DNA from: Akkermansia muciniphila
GTDB taxonomy: Bacteria > Verrucomicrobiota > Verrucomicrobiia > Limisphaerales > SIAT01
Length of the DNA: 64,000 nt
Reading direction: 5' to 3'
Assembly (NCBI GenBank): GCA_945860945.1
Contig: CAMASG010000001.1
Location: 6,545-70,544, forward strand
Shown: positions 39,103 to 47,915 of the stretch, piece after piece
How the letters are laid out: each line of letters begins with the position of its first letter
How positions within the stretch are numbered: the first letter of the stretch is position 1
The notes under the pieces: model-generated
What the model saw: the letters and a program-made list of their open reading frames with translations, nothing else
What the model was told of the DNA's origin: nothing
The model's database searches: none
Made by a program: the position numbers and the translations under genes

Positions 39103-39369
39103 ATGGCTAAAGCCCCGAAAAAGAAAACGAAAGCGATAATCCTCGGTTTGGGGCTGGATTCCGACGGCCACAAGCGGTTGACAACGGGTGAGAATTTCGC
39201 GCTGGTCGGCGGTTCGCAGGAGACGCACGAGGCGATGACCGAGAAGGCCATCAAGATTAACGAGAAGCTCAAGTCGCGCGGCAAGCAACTCGATCAGGTG
39301 AGTCGCGAGGAGTTCGATGACATTGCCCACGAGGTTGGTTTGCGGCGGCCGCCCAACGACCAGAACTAG
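39103..39369 (+). CDS. small conserved-looking hypothetical protein (88 aa)
   Basis: MAKAPKKKTKAIILGLGLDSDGHKRLTTGENFALVGGSQETHEAMTEKAIKINEKL... has coding-like composition. It is divergent from the ArsS-like gene. It forms the 3' end of a long antisense track ORF. Confidence 0.55.
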   Translation: MAKAPKKKTKAIILGLGLDSDGHKRLTTGENFALVGGSQETHEAMTEKAIKINEKLKSRGKQLDQVSREEFDDIAHEVGLRRPPNDQN

Positions 39370-39418
39370 CCGCACGCGGCGTTTGACTTTCTTTCGTTCC
39401 CGTCTATAATCCGCGCCG

Positions 39419-39955
39419 ATGAAAACACTGATCGCCCTTTGCTCGCTAGTGCTGGCCCTCGTTGCCCGCGCGGAAACCAAATCGATTTACGACATCCCGC
39501 TCAAGGATATCGACGGCAAAGAAGCCACGCTCAAGCCGTTTCAGGGCAAAGTGGTGCTGGTGGTGAACGTCGCCTCGAAGTGCGGCCTCACTCCGCAGTA
39601 CAAGCAACTCGAAGAGGTTTATCAGAAGTACAAGGCGCAAGGTCTTGTCGTGGCCGGTTTCCCGTGCAACCAGTTCGGCAAGCAGGAGCCGGGCACGAAC
39701 ACGGAAATCAAGGAGTTCTGCTCCTCGAAGTATCACGCCACGTTCCCGATGTTCGACAAGCTCGAGGTCAATGGTGCGAACCGCCACGCGCTCTACAAGT
39801 CGCTCATCGGCGAGGGTGGCAAGGATATCGGCTGGAACTTCGGTAAGTTCATCGTTGGTCGTGACGGCAAGGTGCTCCTGCGCATCGAGCCGAGGACCAA
39901 GCCGGACGCGCCCGAGGTCATCAAGGCGATCGAAGCCGCGTTGGCCGGGAAGTAA
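39419..39955 (+). CDS. glutathione peroxidase (Cys-type)
   Basis: VNVASKCGLTPQY and FPCNQFGKQEPG motifs, with a signal peptide. Confidence 0.9.
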   Translation: MKTLIALCSLVLALVARAETKSIYDIPLKDIDGKEATLKPFQGKVVLVVNVASKCGLTPQYKQLEEVYQKYKAQGLVVAGFPCNQFGKQEPGTNTEIKEFCSSKYHATFPMFDKLEVNGANRHALYKSLIGEGGKDIGWNFGKFIVGRDGKVLLRIEPRTKPDAPEVIKAIEAALAGK

Positions 39956-39971
39956 CCACAGACTCAACTAA

Positions 39972-40017
39972 GGGCTTTGCCGGCCGCTGTCGGCGGACAA
40001 AGCCCGATTTTATTTTT
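39972..40017 (+). terminator. probable intrinsic terminator after gpx
   Basis: GGGCTTTG...CAAAGCCC stem followed by GATTTTATTTTT. Confidence 0.5.
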
Positions 40018-40320
40018 ATGGCGAAGGTTAATCACATCGTTCTGTTCAAGTTCAAACCCGAGGTCACGGCGGAAGAGATCGAAGGTCTCTTCAACGAGGT
40101 GCTCGAAATGACGGAGAGCATCCCCGGTATCGAGAACTACTCGGCCGGCGTCAACACCAACCCCGAGGGTATGAGCCAGGGTTTCACCCACGGGTTGCTC
40201 ATGACCTTCACCGACGCGGCCGCCCGCGACGCCTATCTGCCGCACCCCGAGCACGAGCGCATCCGAGGCCTGCTCCTGCCGAAGGTCGCGACGGCGGCTG
40301 TCTTCGACTACGAGGTCTGA
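40018..40320 (+). CDS. Dabb (stress-responsive alpha/beta-barrel) domain protein
   Basis: 100 aa. VNHIVLFKFKPEVT...GFTHGLLMTFTD...YLPHPEH pattern. Confidence 0.8.
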   Translation: MAKVNHIVLFKFKPEVTAEEIEGLFNEVLEMTESIPGIENYSAGVNTNPEGMSQGFTHGLLMTFTDAAARDAYLPHPEHERIRGLLLPKVATAAVFDYEV

Positions 40321-40388
40321 GCCGCGCGATTCCCTCAGTTATTCCCCGCGTTCTAAAATAGCGCTTGCGGTCGGCGTTGTTTGCTGTA

Positions 40389-40408
40389 ATTTCTGTATAG
40401 ACAGAAAT
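40389..40408. promoter_or_regulatory. perfect inverted repeat (candidate operator) overlapping the regulator start codon
   Basis: ATTTCTGT-ATAG-ACAGAAAT. The final AT are the first two bases of the ATG at 40407. Confidence 0.4.
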
Positions 40409-40961
40409 GAAAGAAACACTTTCGCCGGTCGAGCAGAAGTTCGTCCTTCACTGGGGCGAGATGGGGACGCGGTGGGGCATCAACCGCACCGTCGCCCAGA
40501 TTCACGCGTTGCTATTCATCTCGCCCCGTCCGCTTCACGCCGAGGAGATCGTGGCAACACTCGGCGTCGCGCGCTCCAACGTCAGCACCAGCATCAAGGA
40601 ACTGCAGGGCTGGGGCATCGTGAAGCTCGTGCACGTGATGGGCGACAAGCGCGATCATTTCGAGAGCATGAAAGACGTGTGGACGATGTTTCGCGCCGTG
40701 CTCGACGAGCGGAAGAAACGCGAGATTGATCCGACACTCGCCATGCTCCGCGACTGCATCATCGAGGCAGAGAAGGACAAGGAAACGGGAGAGCACGCCG
40801 AGCAGAAGCTCCGTGAGTTGCACGACTTCTTTGAGGTCACGACGAATTGGTACGGCCAAATTCGTCAGTGGCCGACGGGCACCTTGAACAAATTCGTGAA
40901 GCTCGGGGACAAGGTGCGAAAGCTTTTGGGCATCACCGACACTGGGGAGAGAAAACGCTAA
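40407..40961 (+). CDS. GbsR/MarR-family transcriptional regulator
   Basis: GEMGTRWGINRTVAQIHALLFISPRPLHAEEIVATLGVARSNVSTSIKELQGWGIV wHTH typical of the GbsR subgroup. Confidence 0.75.
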   Translation: MKETLSPVEQKFVLHWGEMGTRWGINRTVAQIHALLFISPRPLHAEEIVATLGVARSNVSTSIKELQGWGIVKLVHVMGDKRDHFESMKDVWTMFRAVLDERKKREIDPTLAMLRDCIIEAEKDKETGEHAEQKLRELHDFFEVTTNWYGQIRQWPTGTLNKFVKLGDKVRKLLGITDTGERKR

Positions 40962-40968
40962 CCACGCC

Positions 40969-41871
40969 ATGAACCTGTTCCCCACCTTCCGCTTCTGGCT
41001 CATCTGGACCTTGCTCCACGCTGGCGTGATGGGTGGCGGCCACTTGGTGCTGGCGTGGAGCAAGGATGTCCCGGCCATGTTTTCGCCCTACTTCACTGCC
41101 GCTTTGCTCGGCCTCGCGCAGTCGGTGCTGCTCGGGCGCCGTGTGCGTTGGGTCTGGTTGTGGCCGACGTTCGCCCTAGCCGGGGGGATGGTGACCTTCG
41201 TGCTCAACTGGTATATTCCAATACTGCTCGGCTTCATCACCTGCCTGCTCGATTGGCCGCTTCTGGCCGCCGGACAATTCCGCCGCGCCTACCTGTGGCC
41301 CCTGCTCGGCGGGATGGCCTGGGCGGGTGGCATGCTGCTGGGTTGGTGTCTGGTGGCACCGCTGCTGGGCACCAGCTTCGCGCAACGCCCTGAGCCACTT
41401 TCTGCCAGCGTGATTCTGGCTTTCCACGGCCTCTGCTACGGAGCCGTCACAGGCTGGGCGCTCGCGCTGATGCGGCCCGCGCCAACGACGAGCGCCGGCT
41501 GCCTCTACTACGATGGGGCGTGTTCGTTTTGCGAACGCTGGGTGAAGCGACTCGGGTTCATCGCGAGACAAGGCGACTTCGAGTGGATGCCGTTTCAATC
41601 CGAGGCTGCCCGCCGCAATCTTTGTCTGACCGAAGGCGAGGTGCCGCACGAAATGAAACTCCGTCTCGCGGACGGTCGATTACTCGGCGGAGTGGACGCC
41701 TGCATCGCGCTCGCCGAAGCGGCCGGTTGGACCGCGCCGCTCGGTTGGCTCATGCGGTTGCCCGGCGTGAACGCGCTCGCGTGGCGGGCCTACCGATGGG
41801 TTGCTGCGAATCGTTACTGCATCAGCGGCCAATGTGCGGCGCCGCCTTCACCGGAAAGGAAACAGCCATGA
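40969..41871 (+). CDS. polytopic membrane domain fused to a DCC-family thiol-disulfide oxidoreductase (DUF393)
   Basis: About 170 aa of hydrophobic helices, then YYDGACSFCERWV (the DCC CxxC motif) and the YRWVAANRY tail. Confidence 0.75.
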   Translation: MNLFPTFRFWLIWTLLHAGVMGGGHLVLAWSKDVPAMFSPYFTAALLGLAQSVLLGRRVRWVWLWPTFALAGGMVTFVLNWYIPILLGFITCLLDWPLLAAGQFRRAYLWPLLGGMAWAGGMLLGWCLVAPLLGTSFAQRPEPLSASVILAFHGLCYGAVTGWALALMRPAPTTSAGCLYYDGACSFCERWVKRLGFIARQGDFEWMPFQSEAARRNLCLTEGEVPHEMKLRLADGRLLGGVDACIALAEAAGWTAPLGWLMRLPGVNALAWRAYRWVAANRYCISGQCAAPPSPERKQP

Positions 41872-42020
41872 AACTCACCCATGCCCATCCGTTCTGCGAT
41901 TGGTGGATGCGTTTGAAAGCTCTCTTCACATCCGCGCCAGCGTGCGGCACGGGCCCCTCCATCCTTCCGCCGACTTATCGAAAACGTCATCGCACCACAG
42001 CTTTCTTTGAGATGCCATGA
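41868..42020 (+). CDS. candidate small ORF (50 aa) bridging two genes by ATGA overlaps
   Basis: Its ATG overlaps the upstream stop (ccATGAaa at 41868) and its TGA overlaps the downstream ATG (ccATGAaa at 42017). Sequence: MKLTHAHPFCDWWMRLKALFTSAPACGTGPSILPPTYRKRHRTTAFFEMP. Confidence 0.4.
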   Translation: MKLTHAHPFCDWWMRLKALFTSAPACGTGPSILPPTYRKRHRTTAFFEMP

Positions 42021-43432
42021 AACCGAGCCAGCTCTGGAATTGGAACGGCGCGATTGGGCGTCGCGATTATGTGGCATGGGGTTTCATTCTCCTCGCCATC
42101 AAGTGGAACCTCGACCGCTTTGTGCTGTCGTCTTGGCTCGGTATTCCGAATGTGGGATTGGACGAACATTTGCGGATCTACCTGCAGGTTTGGCAGGTTC
42201 CGAGCGCATGGATCGAGGCCGATGCACTGCAGCGGCACGGTTGGAAATTGATGTTGGTGTCGATCCCTTTCCTCTGGGCGGGAATAGTGCTGACAATCCA
42301 GCGGTTGAGATCGGCGCGGTTGCCGCTGTGGCTGGCGGTCCTTTTCGTTGTCCCGGTTCTCAAATGGTTTTTATTTCTGACCGCCGCGTTGGTGCCGAGA
42401 CGGGATGAACCGGAGCCGCCGCTTTTGGAAGGGGCGCGTCCGCTAACATGGCTGGAGCGTGTGTGCCCGTACAGCCGCATGGGCAGTGCGTTGGCGGGCG
42501 TGGCGATTTCCTGCGTGCTGCTGTGGGTGGCCACGCTGCTGGGCACCCACGGATTTCAGCAGTACGGCTGGGGATTGTTCTTGGGGTTGCCATTCGTCGC
42601 CGGATTCCTCGCGGCAATGCTGCATGGAGTTCATCTGCCTCGTTCGTTGCCCGAGAGCTTGTTGGTTGCCAGCATCGCAGTGGTGGTGGGGGCAGTCGGT
42701 TTTATTCTGCTGGCGATTGAAGGAATCATCTGCATCGCTATGGCAGCGCCTCTCGCGGTGCCGATGGCACTGGCGGGAGCGGTTCTCGGGTATCTGCTTC
42801 AGCCGGCGCGCCATCGCAGACCGTCTCCGCACTTGCTCTGTGCCGCATTCCTCGCAGTGCCGTGCATGTTGGTCGGCGAAAGGTTGGAGGATGCCACGGC
42901 GCCTCTGCTCGCGGTGAGGACGAAGGTGGATGTGGCCGCGCCGCCCGAACGTGTCTGGCAGCACGTGGTTGAATTCTCGGAACTGCCGCCGCCGACGGAA
43001 TGGATGTTCCGCCTCGGCATCGCGTATCCCCAACGAGCGGAGATGTTCGGGCGCGGTCCCGGCGCGGTCCGGCACTGTGTTTTTTCCACGGGGCCATTCG
43101 TCGAACCGATCGAGGTTTGGGACGAACCGCGGCTGCTGCGCTTCGGCGTGACAAAAAACCCGCCGCCAATGGAAGAGTGGACGCCCTACAAAAACGTCCA
43201 CCCACCCCACCTTGATGGGTTTCTCGCCTCGGAGCGCGGCCAGTTTCTGCTCACGCCGTTGCCGGATGGGGGCACGCGTTTGGAGGGCACGACTTGGTAT
43301 CGGCACAACATGTGGCCGGTGGCGTATTGGCAGATTTGGTCGGACGACATCATCCACCGCATCCACCTGCGCGTGCTGCTGCACATCAAGGATCGCGCGG
43401 AGGTGGCGGTTCAACCAAAGGAGGGTTTATGA
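42017..43432 (+). CDS. membrane protein (DUF805-like N-terminus, multi-TM) fused to a C-terminal SRPBCC/START-like domain
   Basis: The N-terminal GAIGRRDYVAWGF motif resembles DUF805. Several TM helices follow. The C-terminal VDVAAPPERVWQHVVEF...EGTTWYRH fits the SRPBCC fold pattern. Confidence 0.7.
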   Translation: MKPSQLWNWNGAIGRRDYVAWGFILLAIKWNLDRFVLSSWLGIPNVGLDEHLRIYLQVWQVPSAWIEADALQRHGWKLMLVSIPFLWAGIVLTIQRLRSARLPLWLAVLFVVPVLKWFLFLTAALVPRRDEPEPPLLEGARPLTWLERVCPYSRMGSALAGVAISCVLLWVATLLGTHGFQQYGWGLFLGLPFVAGFLAAMLHGVHLPRSLPESLLVASIAVVVGAVGFILLAIEGIICIAMAAPLAVPMALAGAVLGYLLQPARHRRPSPHLLCAAFLAVPCMLVGERLEDATAPLLAVRTKVDVAAPPERVWQHVVEFSELPPPTEWMFRLGIAYPQRAEMFGRGPGAVRHCVFSTGPFVEPIEVWDEPRLLRFGVTKNPPPMEEWTPYKNVHPPHLDGFLASERGQFLLTPLPDGGTRLEGTTWYRHNMWPVAYWQIWSDDIIHRIHLRVLLHIKDRAEVAVQPKEGL

Positions 43433-44382
43433 AAATCGCGATTACGGGCGGCACGGGATTCATCGGGCGGCATTTGGCGCAGGTGCTGGCGGGAGAAGGG
43501 CATGAAGTGGTGCTCATCGCGCGCGGCGTGGATCACCGCGACGAAAAGATCCGCAGCTTGCCGCACACGACTTTCGCGGCCATCGGCACGGATGACGAAG
43601 CGAAGCTCGCTGCCGCGTTTCATGGATGCGAGGCGGTGGCGCACTGCGCGGGAATCAACCGCGAGATCGGCCGACAGACCTATCAGCAGGTCCACATCGA
43701 AGGCACGCGCTGTGTGGTGGCTGCCGCAAAACACGCGGGGGTGAAGAAGATTCTGTTCACGAGCTTTCTCCGCGCTCGGCCTGATTGCGCTTCCGGCTAT
43801 CACGAATCAAAGTTTGCGGCCGAGGAGATTGTCCGCGGGTCTGGTCTGGACTACACGGTGCTGAAATGCGGTGTCATCTACGGTCGCGGCGATCATATGC
43901 TTGACCACCTCAGCCATGCGTTCCACACGTTTCCAATCTTCGCGCTCGTCGGGTTCAAGGACCAGCTCGTTCGTCCTCTGGCGGTGGAAGATTTGGTTCG
44001 CATCATGCGCGCGGCCATTATCGAAGGCCGGCTCACGCGGGATACGGTGGCGATAACGGGGCCCGAAGAGATGACCTTGGCCGAGGCGGTTCGCCGTGTG
44101 GCGTGTGTGGTTGGTAAATCCCCATTCTTCTTGCGCGCGCCGCTTTGGTTTCATTACGTGCTGGGTTGGATTTTGGAGCGAGTGATGATCACTCCGCTTA
44201 TTTCCTCAGCGCAGGTCAGGATTTTGTCGGAAGGAGTCGTGGAACCGCTGCCGTCATGCGGGGGTGTCCCCGATGATCTGAAGCCGCAGCTTTCCTTCAC
44301 GAACGACCAGATTCGCGCCGGCCTTCCAGCGGCGAAGCACTTCGGTCTGGCCGACCTGCGCATCTTCGCTCCGCACCGCTGA
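43429..44382 (+). CDS. NAD(P)-binding atypical SDR/epimerase (NmrA/NDUFA9-like)
   Basis: MKIAITGGTGFIGRHL Rossmann motif and YHESKFAAE. Its ATG overlaps the upstream stop (ATGA). Confidence 0.8.
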   Translation: MKIAITGGTGFIGRHLAQVLAGEGHEVVLIARGVDHRDEKIRSLPHTTFAAIGTDDEAKLAAAFHGCEAVAHCAGINREIGRQTYQQVHIEGTRCVVAAAKHAGVKKILFTSFLRARPDCASGYHESKFAAEEIVRGSGLDYTVLKCGVIYGRGDHMLDHLSHAFHTFPIFALVGFKDQLVRPLAVEDLVRIMRAAIIEGRLTRDTVAITGPEEMTLAEAVRRVACVVGKSPFFLRAPLWFHYVLGWILERVMITPLISSAQVRILSEGVVEPLPSCGGVPDDLKPQLSFTNDQIRAGLPAAKHFGLADLRIFAPHR

Positions 44383-44395
44383 CTTGGAAATCGTC

Positions 44396-45391
44396 ATGCA
44401 CGAATCGCGTTTGATCATCGCTGGAGGCTCGGGGTTTCTCGGCCAAGTGCTGGCGAAATATTTCCAATCGCTCGACTGGGAAGTCGTCATCCTCACGCGG
44501 CGGCCATCAGCACCCTCGGTTAATTCCACCGCGCGCGAGGTTCACTGGAACGGCGAGACGCTGGGCGATTGGACGTGTGAATTGGAGGGCTCAACGGCCG
44601 TGATAAACCTGTCCGGCCGCACGGTGGATTGTCGCTACACGGCGAAGCACCAACGCGAGATCATGGATTCGCGTCTGAACTCAACGCGGATTCTTGGTGA
44701 AGCGATTGCGCGTTGCAACAATCCGCCGAGCGTTTGGTTGAACGCCGGAACAGCCACGATCTACAAACACACGCTCGGTCCCGCTTGGGATGAATCGGGC
44801 GAGATCGGCGCGACTTCGGCTGCGAAGGACGAGTTTTCCGTCGAGGTGGCGCGCGCTTGGGAAGAGACTTTCAACGCCGCGATCACGCCGCACACACGCA
44901 AAGTTACCCTGCGCTCGGCGATGGTGCTCGGCAATGGGCCGAACAGCGTCTTCCCCGTGCTGCGGCGCTTGGCGCGGCTTGGACTCGGTGGACCGATGGG
45001 CAGCGGCCGGCAATTTGTTTCCTGGATTCACGAGCTCGATTTTTGTCGCGCCATAGAGTGGCTCGTCGCGCGCGAGGATTTCAGCGGGCCTGTGAACATC
45101 GTCGCGCCGAACCCTCTGTCGAATGCCGAGATGATGCGCCTATTCCGTGAACTCGTGGGCGCGCCGATCGGCCTTCCGGCGTCGGAATGGATGCTGGAGC
45201 TGGGCGCGTTCTTTCTGCGCACGGAGACGGAGTTGATGATCAAGAGCCGGCGTGTGGTGCCGACACGGCTGTTGGCGGGCGGCTTTGAATTCCGTTTCCA
45301 AACGATGCGCGAGGCACTGCTGGATTTGAACCCAAAGAAAGGTCGTCGCTCCAGAGCGGTTTCACGCCACGCTTTCTTTGCGATGCCGTGA
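44396..45391 (+). CDS. TIGR01777/YfcH-type epimerase-family protein (SDR + DUF1731)
   Basis: IIAGGSGFLGQVL and the C-terminal GGFEFRF motif typical of DUF1731. A TTG at 44384 is the alternative start. Confidence 0.8.
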   Translation: MHESRLIIAGGSGFLGQVLAKYFQSLDWEVVILTRRPSAPSVNSTAREVHWNGETLGDWTCELEGSTAVINLSGRTVDCRYTAKHQREIMDSRLNSTRILGEAIARCNNPPSVWLNAGTATIYKHTLGPAWDESGEIGATSAAKDEFSVEVARAWEETFNAAITPHTRKVTLRSAMVLGNGPNSVFPVLRRLARLGLGGPMGSGRQFVSWIHELDFCRAIEWLVAREDFSGPVNIVAPNPLSNAEMMRLFRELVGAPIGLPASEWMLELGAFFLRTETELMIKSRRVVPTRLLAGGFEFRFQTMREALLDLNPKKGRRSRAVSRHAFFAMP

Positions 45392-45423
45392 AGTCCTGAA
45401 GTCCGTCAGCGTGGCGGCGCGTT

Positions 45424-47784
45424 TTACTTCGCAGGCCAATTCAAGTGGCGTCGGAGAAACTCGAATGTGCCGACGCCGTTGATTGTGTGCGGGCCGTTGA
45501 AGAACTCGATGGCCGTCCGTTCCGGAAAGCCGAGCCGCGCGTAAAGCCGGCGCACCTTCGCGTATTCGTAGGCGACCTGCTCGTCGATGCCCACGCCGTC
45601 GTCGTGCCCGCGCTCGACCATGAACGGCCGCGGTGCAATCAGCGCGGACATCTCGGCGTAGTTGAACGTGTGGCCGAGGTTGAATTCGTAAATCTCGTAT
45701 TCGTTCGTGAACATGTAGCTGTAACGTCCACTGGTCGTCGTGTTCTTTTCAACCCACTCGTTAAAATCGGCCGAGCAGATGGAAAGGCAATAGCGATCCA
45801 GCAACGCCGGCACGCGCATCGCTGTCTTGCCACCGTACGAGAGGCCGTAGAAGGCGATGCGTTTCGAATCTACAAACGGCTGCGCGCTGAGCCAGTCGAG
45901 GATGCGGTCGTGCTGGGCGAGGATGACTGAGAAGAGTGATTGGCCGAGCGGATTCGCTTTGCGTTGAAGCACACGGAAGGCGTCCTGTCCGCGATAGGGA
46001 TTGTGCGGCGCGAAGACGATGTAGCCTTGCTCGGCCAACCGCGCGCCGAAGCCTTTGTAATAACCGAACGCGCGGTCCTTCGTATCGGTCGTGATCACAT
46101 CGGCCGGCACGCCTTCGAGTCCGTGCTGGCAGACGACGACCGGTCGGCGTTCGCCGGGCTTGAGATCTTTCGGCAACAGTAAATGGCCCCACGCGAAGAC
46201 ATCCGGCGAGACGTCGAGCGTGATTTCGTAGCCGGTCCACTTCGGCGTGTCGTGGATTTTGCGCGACTGCGCGTTTGCCGGCAGCGAAGAGGCGGGGAGT
46301 CGTCCGATGACTTCGTCCCACAGATTGCTGCGGTAAGTTTGCGTCGCCGCGTGCCAGTTGGCGGCGGGCGCCGGCTTGAGTTTGTTCCAGAAAAACTCGT
46401 CACGCGCGCGAGTCGAGAGGCGCATCAAGCGCTGCGTGTGCTCCTCCAACTCCTTCACCGCACGGCGCTGGCGCTGTTGGGCATCGAACACTTTGCGCGT
46501 ATCCACCGGCAGAATCTTCGCGAGCGGCGCCGGTTTGATTTTGATTTCTAATCCCTCGAAGAAAGCGGCGAGCGCGGCATCACTCATCGGCGCGGCGAAC
46601 GGTTTCTCTTTGTCGTGGATGAACTGGATTGCCGACACGACGTTCGTCTGGTCGACGAAGAATGAGTGCGCGCGAGCCACCTCGGCCTTCACCGAATCGA
46701 ACGCGGGCGGGGTCCATTTTCCCGGCGCAGCACCGGCGCGGCCCGGGGAAGGCGCGGGCGGGCCGTCGATTCGCGGAGCCACGCTCTGTTCGATAACGAG
46801 TCGGCGGGGAGCGATGGCGGCGAGGCTGGCGATTTCGGCGTCACCGAACTCGCGCAGCAACCCGAAGACGTTGCGGTAAATCGGCTCGCTCCAGACATTC
46901 TGTCGCGAATCGAAGTAGCCACTCACGAGCGTTGCGTCCACACGCGAATCGAGCGCGGCGGCGTGCAGCGCAATCAATCCGCCTTCCGCGAAACCGGCGA
47001 TGCCGATCTTCAGCGCTTTGGTGTCGGGCTGTTTGTTTTCGGAGACGAACCAATCCACAGCGGCGAGCGCCTTCTGCACTTCGTAGCCGATGATGTGGCG
47101 TCCCATCTCGAACGCCTGCCGATAAATCCATTCGCGGTGCGGCTGGTTTGTGTTGCGGCCGACGAGGTCGCTACCGGACCACGTCGCCTGCCGATCCACG
47201 AGCACCGGCGCGAGCACTTGGCAACCGTTCTCGGCGAGGCGTCGGATCCACTGCTGCGCCGGCGGCAGTCCGATCGCGAGCCCAGCGAGTTGCTCGGGCG
47301 TCTGATCGGCGTCGGTGAGGGCGACGATGCGCGCAGTCATTTTCCCTTTCGGTTCGAAGAGCAGGCCTTCGGAAAACACGCCTTCGAAGACGGGCCAACG
47401 CACCGCGAACACGCTGTAACTGTCGGTCTCGGCGACGAGCGCGCTGGTTGCGCCGATGGCGAGGAACTCCGGCGCGAGGAACGGCACGCGGGCGTCCACC
47501 GCGCCGATCATCTTGCGGAGACGCTCGCGGTTCGGTTGGACGGATTTCTCATGCGCGTCGCGCGACTTGAAATCACGCCGCCACAACGCCGCGCGGTTGG
47601 TGGCCGAGGCGGCGGTCTCGCGCATTAGAAAACGGTCGATGCCCGCGACCATCTGCGCCGAAAAATCACCTTCGCGTATCAAAGCGGCTGTACCGGGAAG
47701 CGCGTCGGCTGCGCTGGCGGCGGTGGCGACGAGAGCGAGAGTGAGGGCGAGGCAAACGGTGGAGGGGAAAGCGCGGTGGTTCAT
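45424..47784 (-). CDS. secreted large alpha/beta-hydrolase-fold protein (two tandem hydrolase-like regions)
   Basis: Signal peptide. The C-terminal domain has the nucleophile elbow FYGLSYGG, an acid in ERGHDDG and His in NGPHT. The upstream region has a degenerate GFAEGG. Start at ATG 47784. Confidence 0.7.
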   Translation of the reverse strand: MNHRAFPSTVCLALTLALVATAASAADALPGTAALIREGDFSAQMVAGIDRFLMRETAASATNRAALWRRDFKSRDAHEKSVQPNRERLRKMIGAVDARVPFLAPEFLAIGATSALVAETDSYSVFAVRWPVFEGVFSEGLLFEPKGKMTARIVALTDADQTPEQLAGLAIGLPPAQQWIRRLAENGCQVLAPVLVDRQATWSGSDLVGRNTNQPHREWIYRQAFEMGRHIIGYEVQKALAAVDWFVSENKQPDTKALKIGIAGFAEGGLIALHAAALDSRVDATLVSGYFDSRQNVWSEPIYRNVFGLLREFGDAEIASLAAIAPRRLVIEQSVAPRIDGPPAPSPGRAGAAPGKWTPPAFDSVKAEVARAHSFFVDQTNVVSAIQFIHDKEKPFAAPMSDAALAAFFEGLEIKIKPAPLAKILPVDTRKVFDAQQRQRRAVKELEEHTQRLMRLSTRARDEFFWNKLKPAPAANWHAATQTYRSNLWDEVIGRLPASSLPANAQSRKIHDTPKWTGYEITLDVSPDVFAWGHLLLPKDLKPGERRPVVVCQHGLEGVPADVITTDTKDRAFGYYKGFGARLAEQGYIVFAPHNPYRGQDAFRVLQRKANPLGQSLFSVILAQHDRILDWLSAQPFVDSKRIAFYGLSYGGKTAMRVPALLDRYCLSICSADFNEWVEKNTTTSGRYSYMFTNEYEIYEFNLGHTFNYAEMSALIAPRPFMVERGHDDGVGIDEQVAYEYAKVRRLYARLGFPERTAIEFFNGPHTINGVGTFEFLRRHLNWPAK

Positions 47785-47915
47785 GGCGTGGCGTGTCTTC
47801 GCGCGAATGGCAACAGGATGCAGCGCGCCTGTCAAAAGCTTCCGCAACCAAAGGGGCGTCCGCGTGGTTCTCATTCTTGACCTTTCCCTCCAAATCGGTT
47901 GAAATCGCTGCTGTC

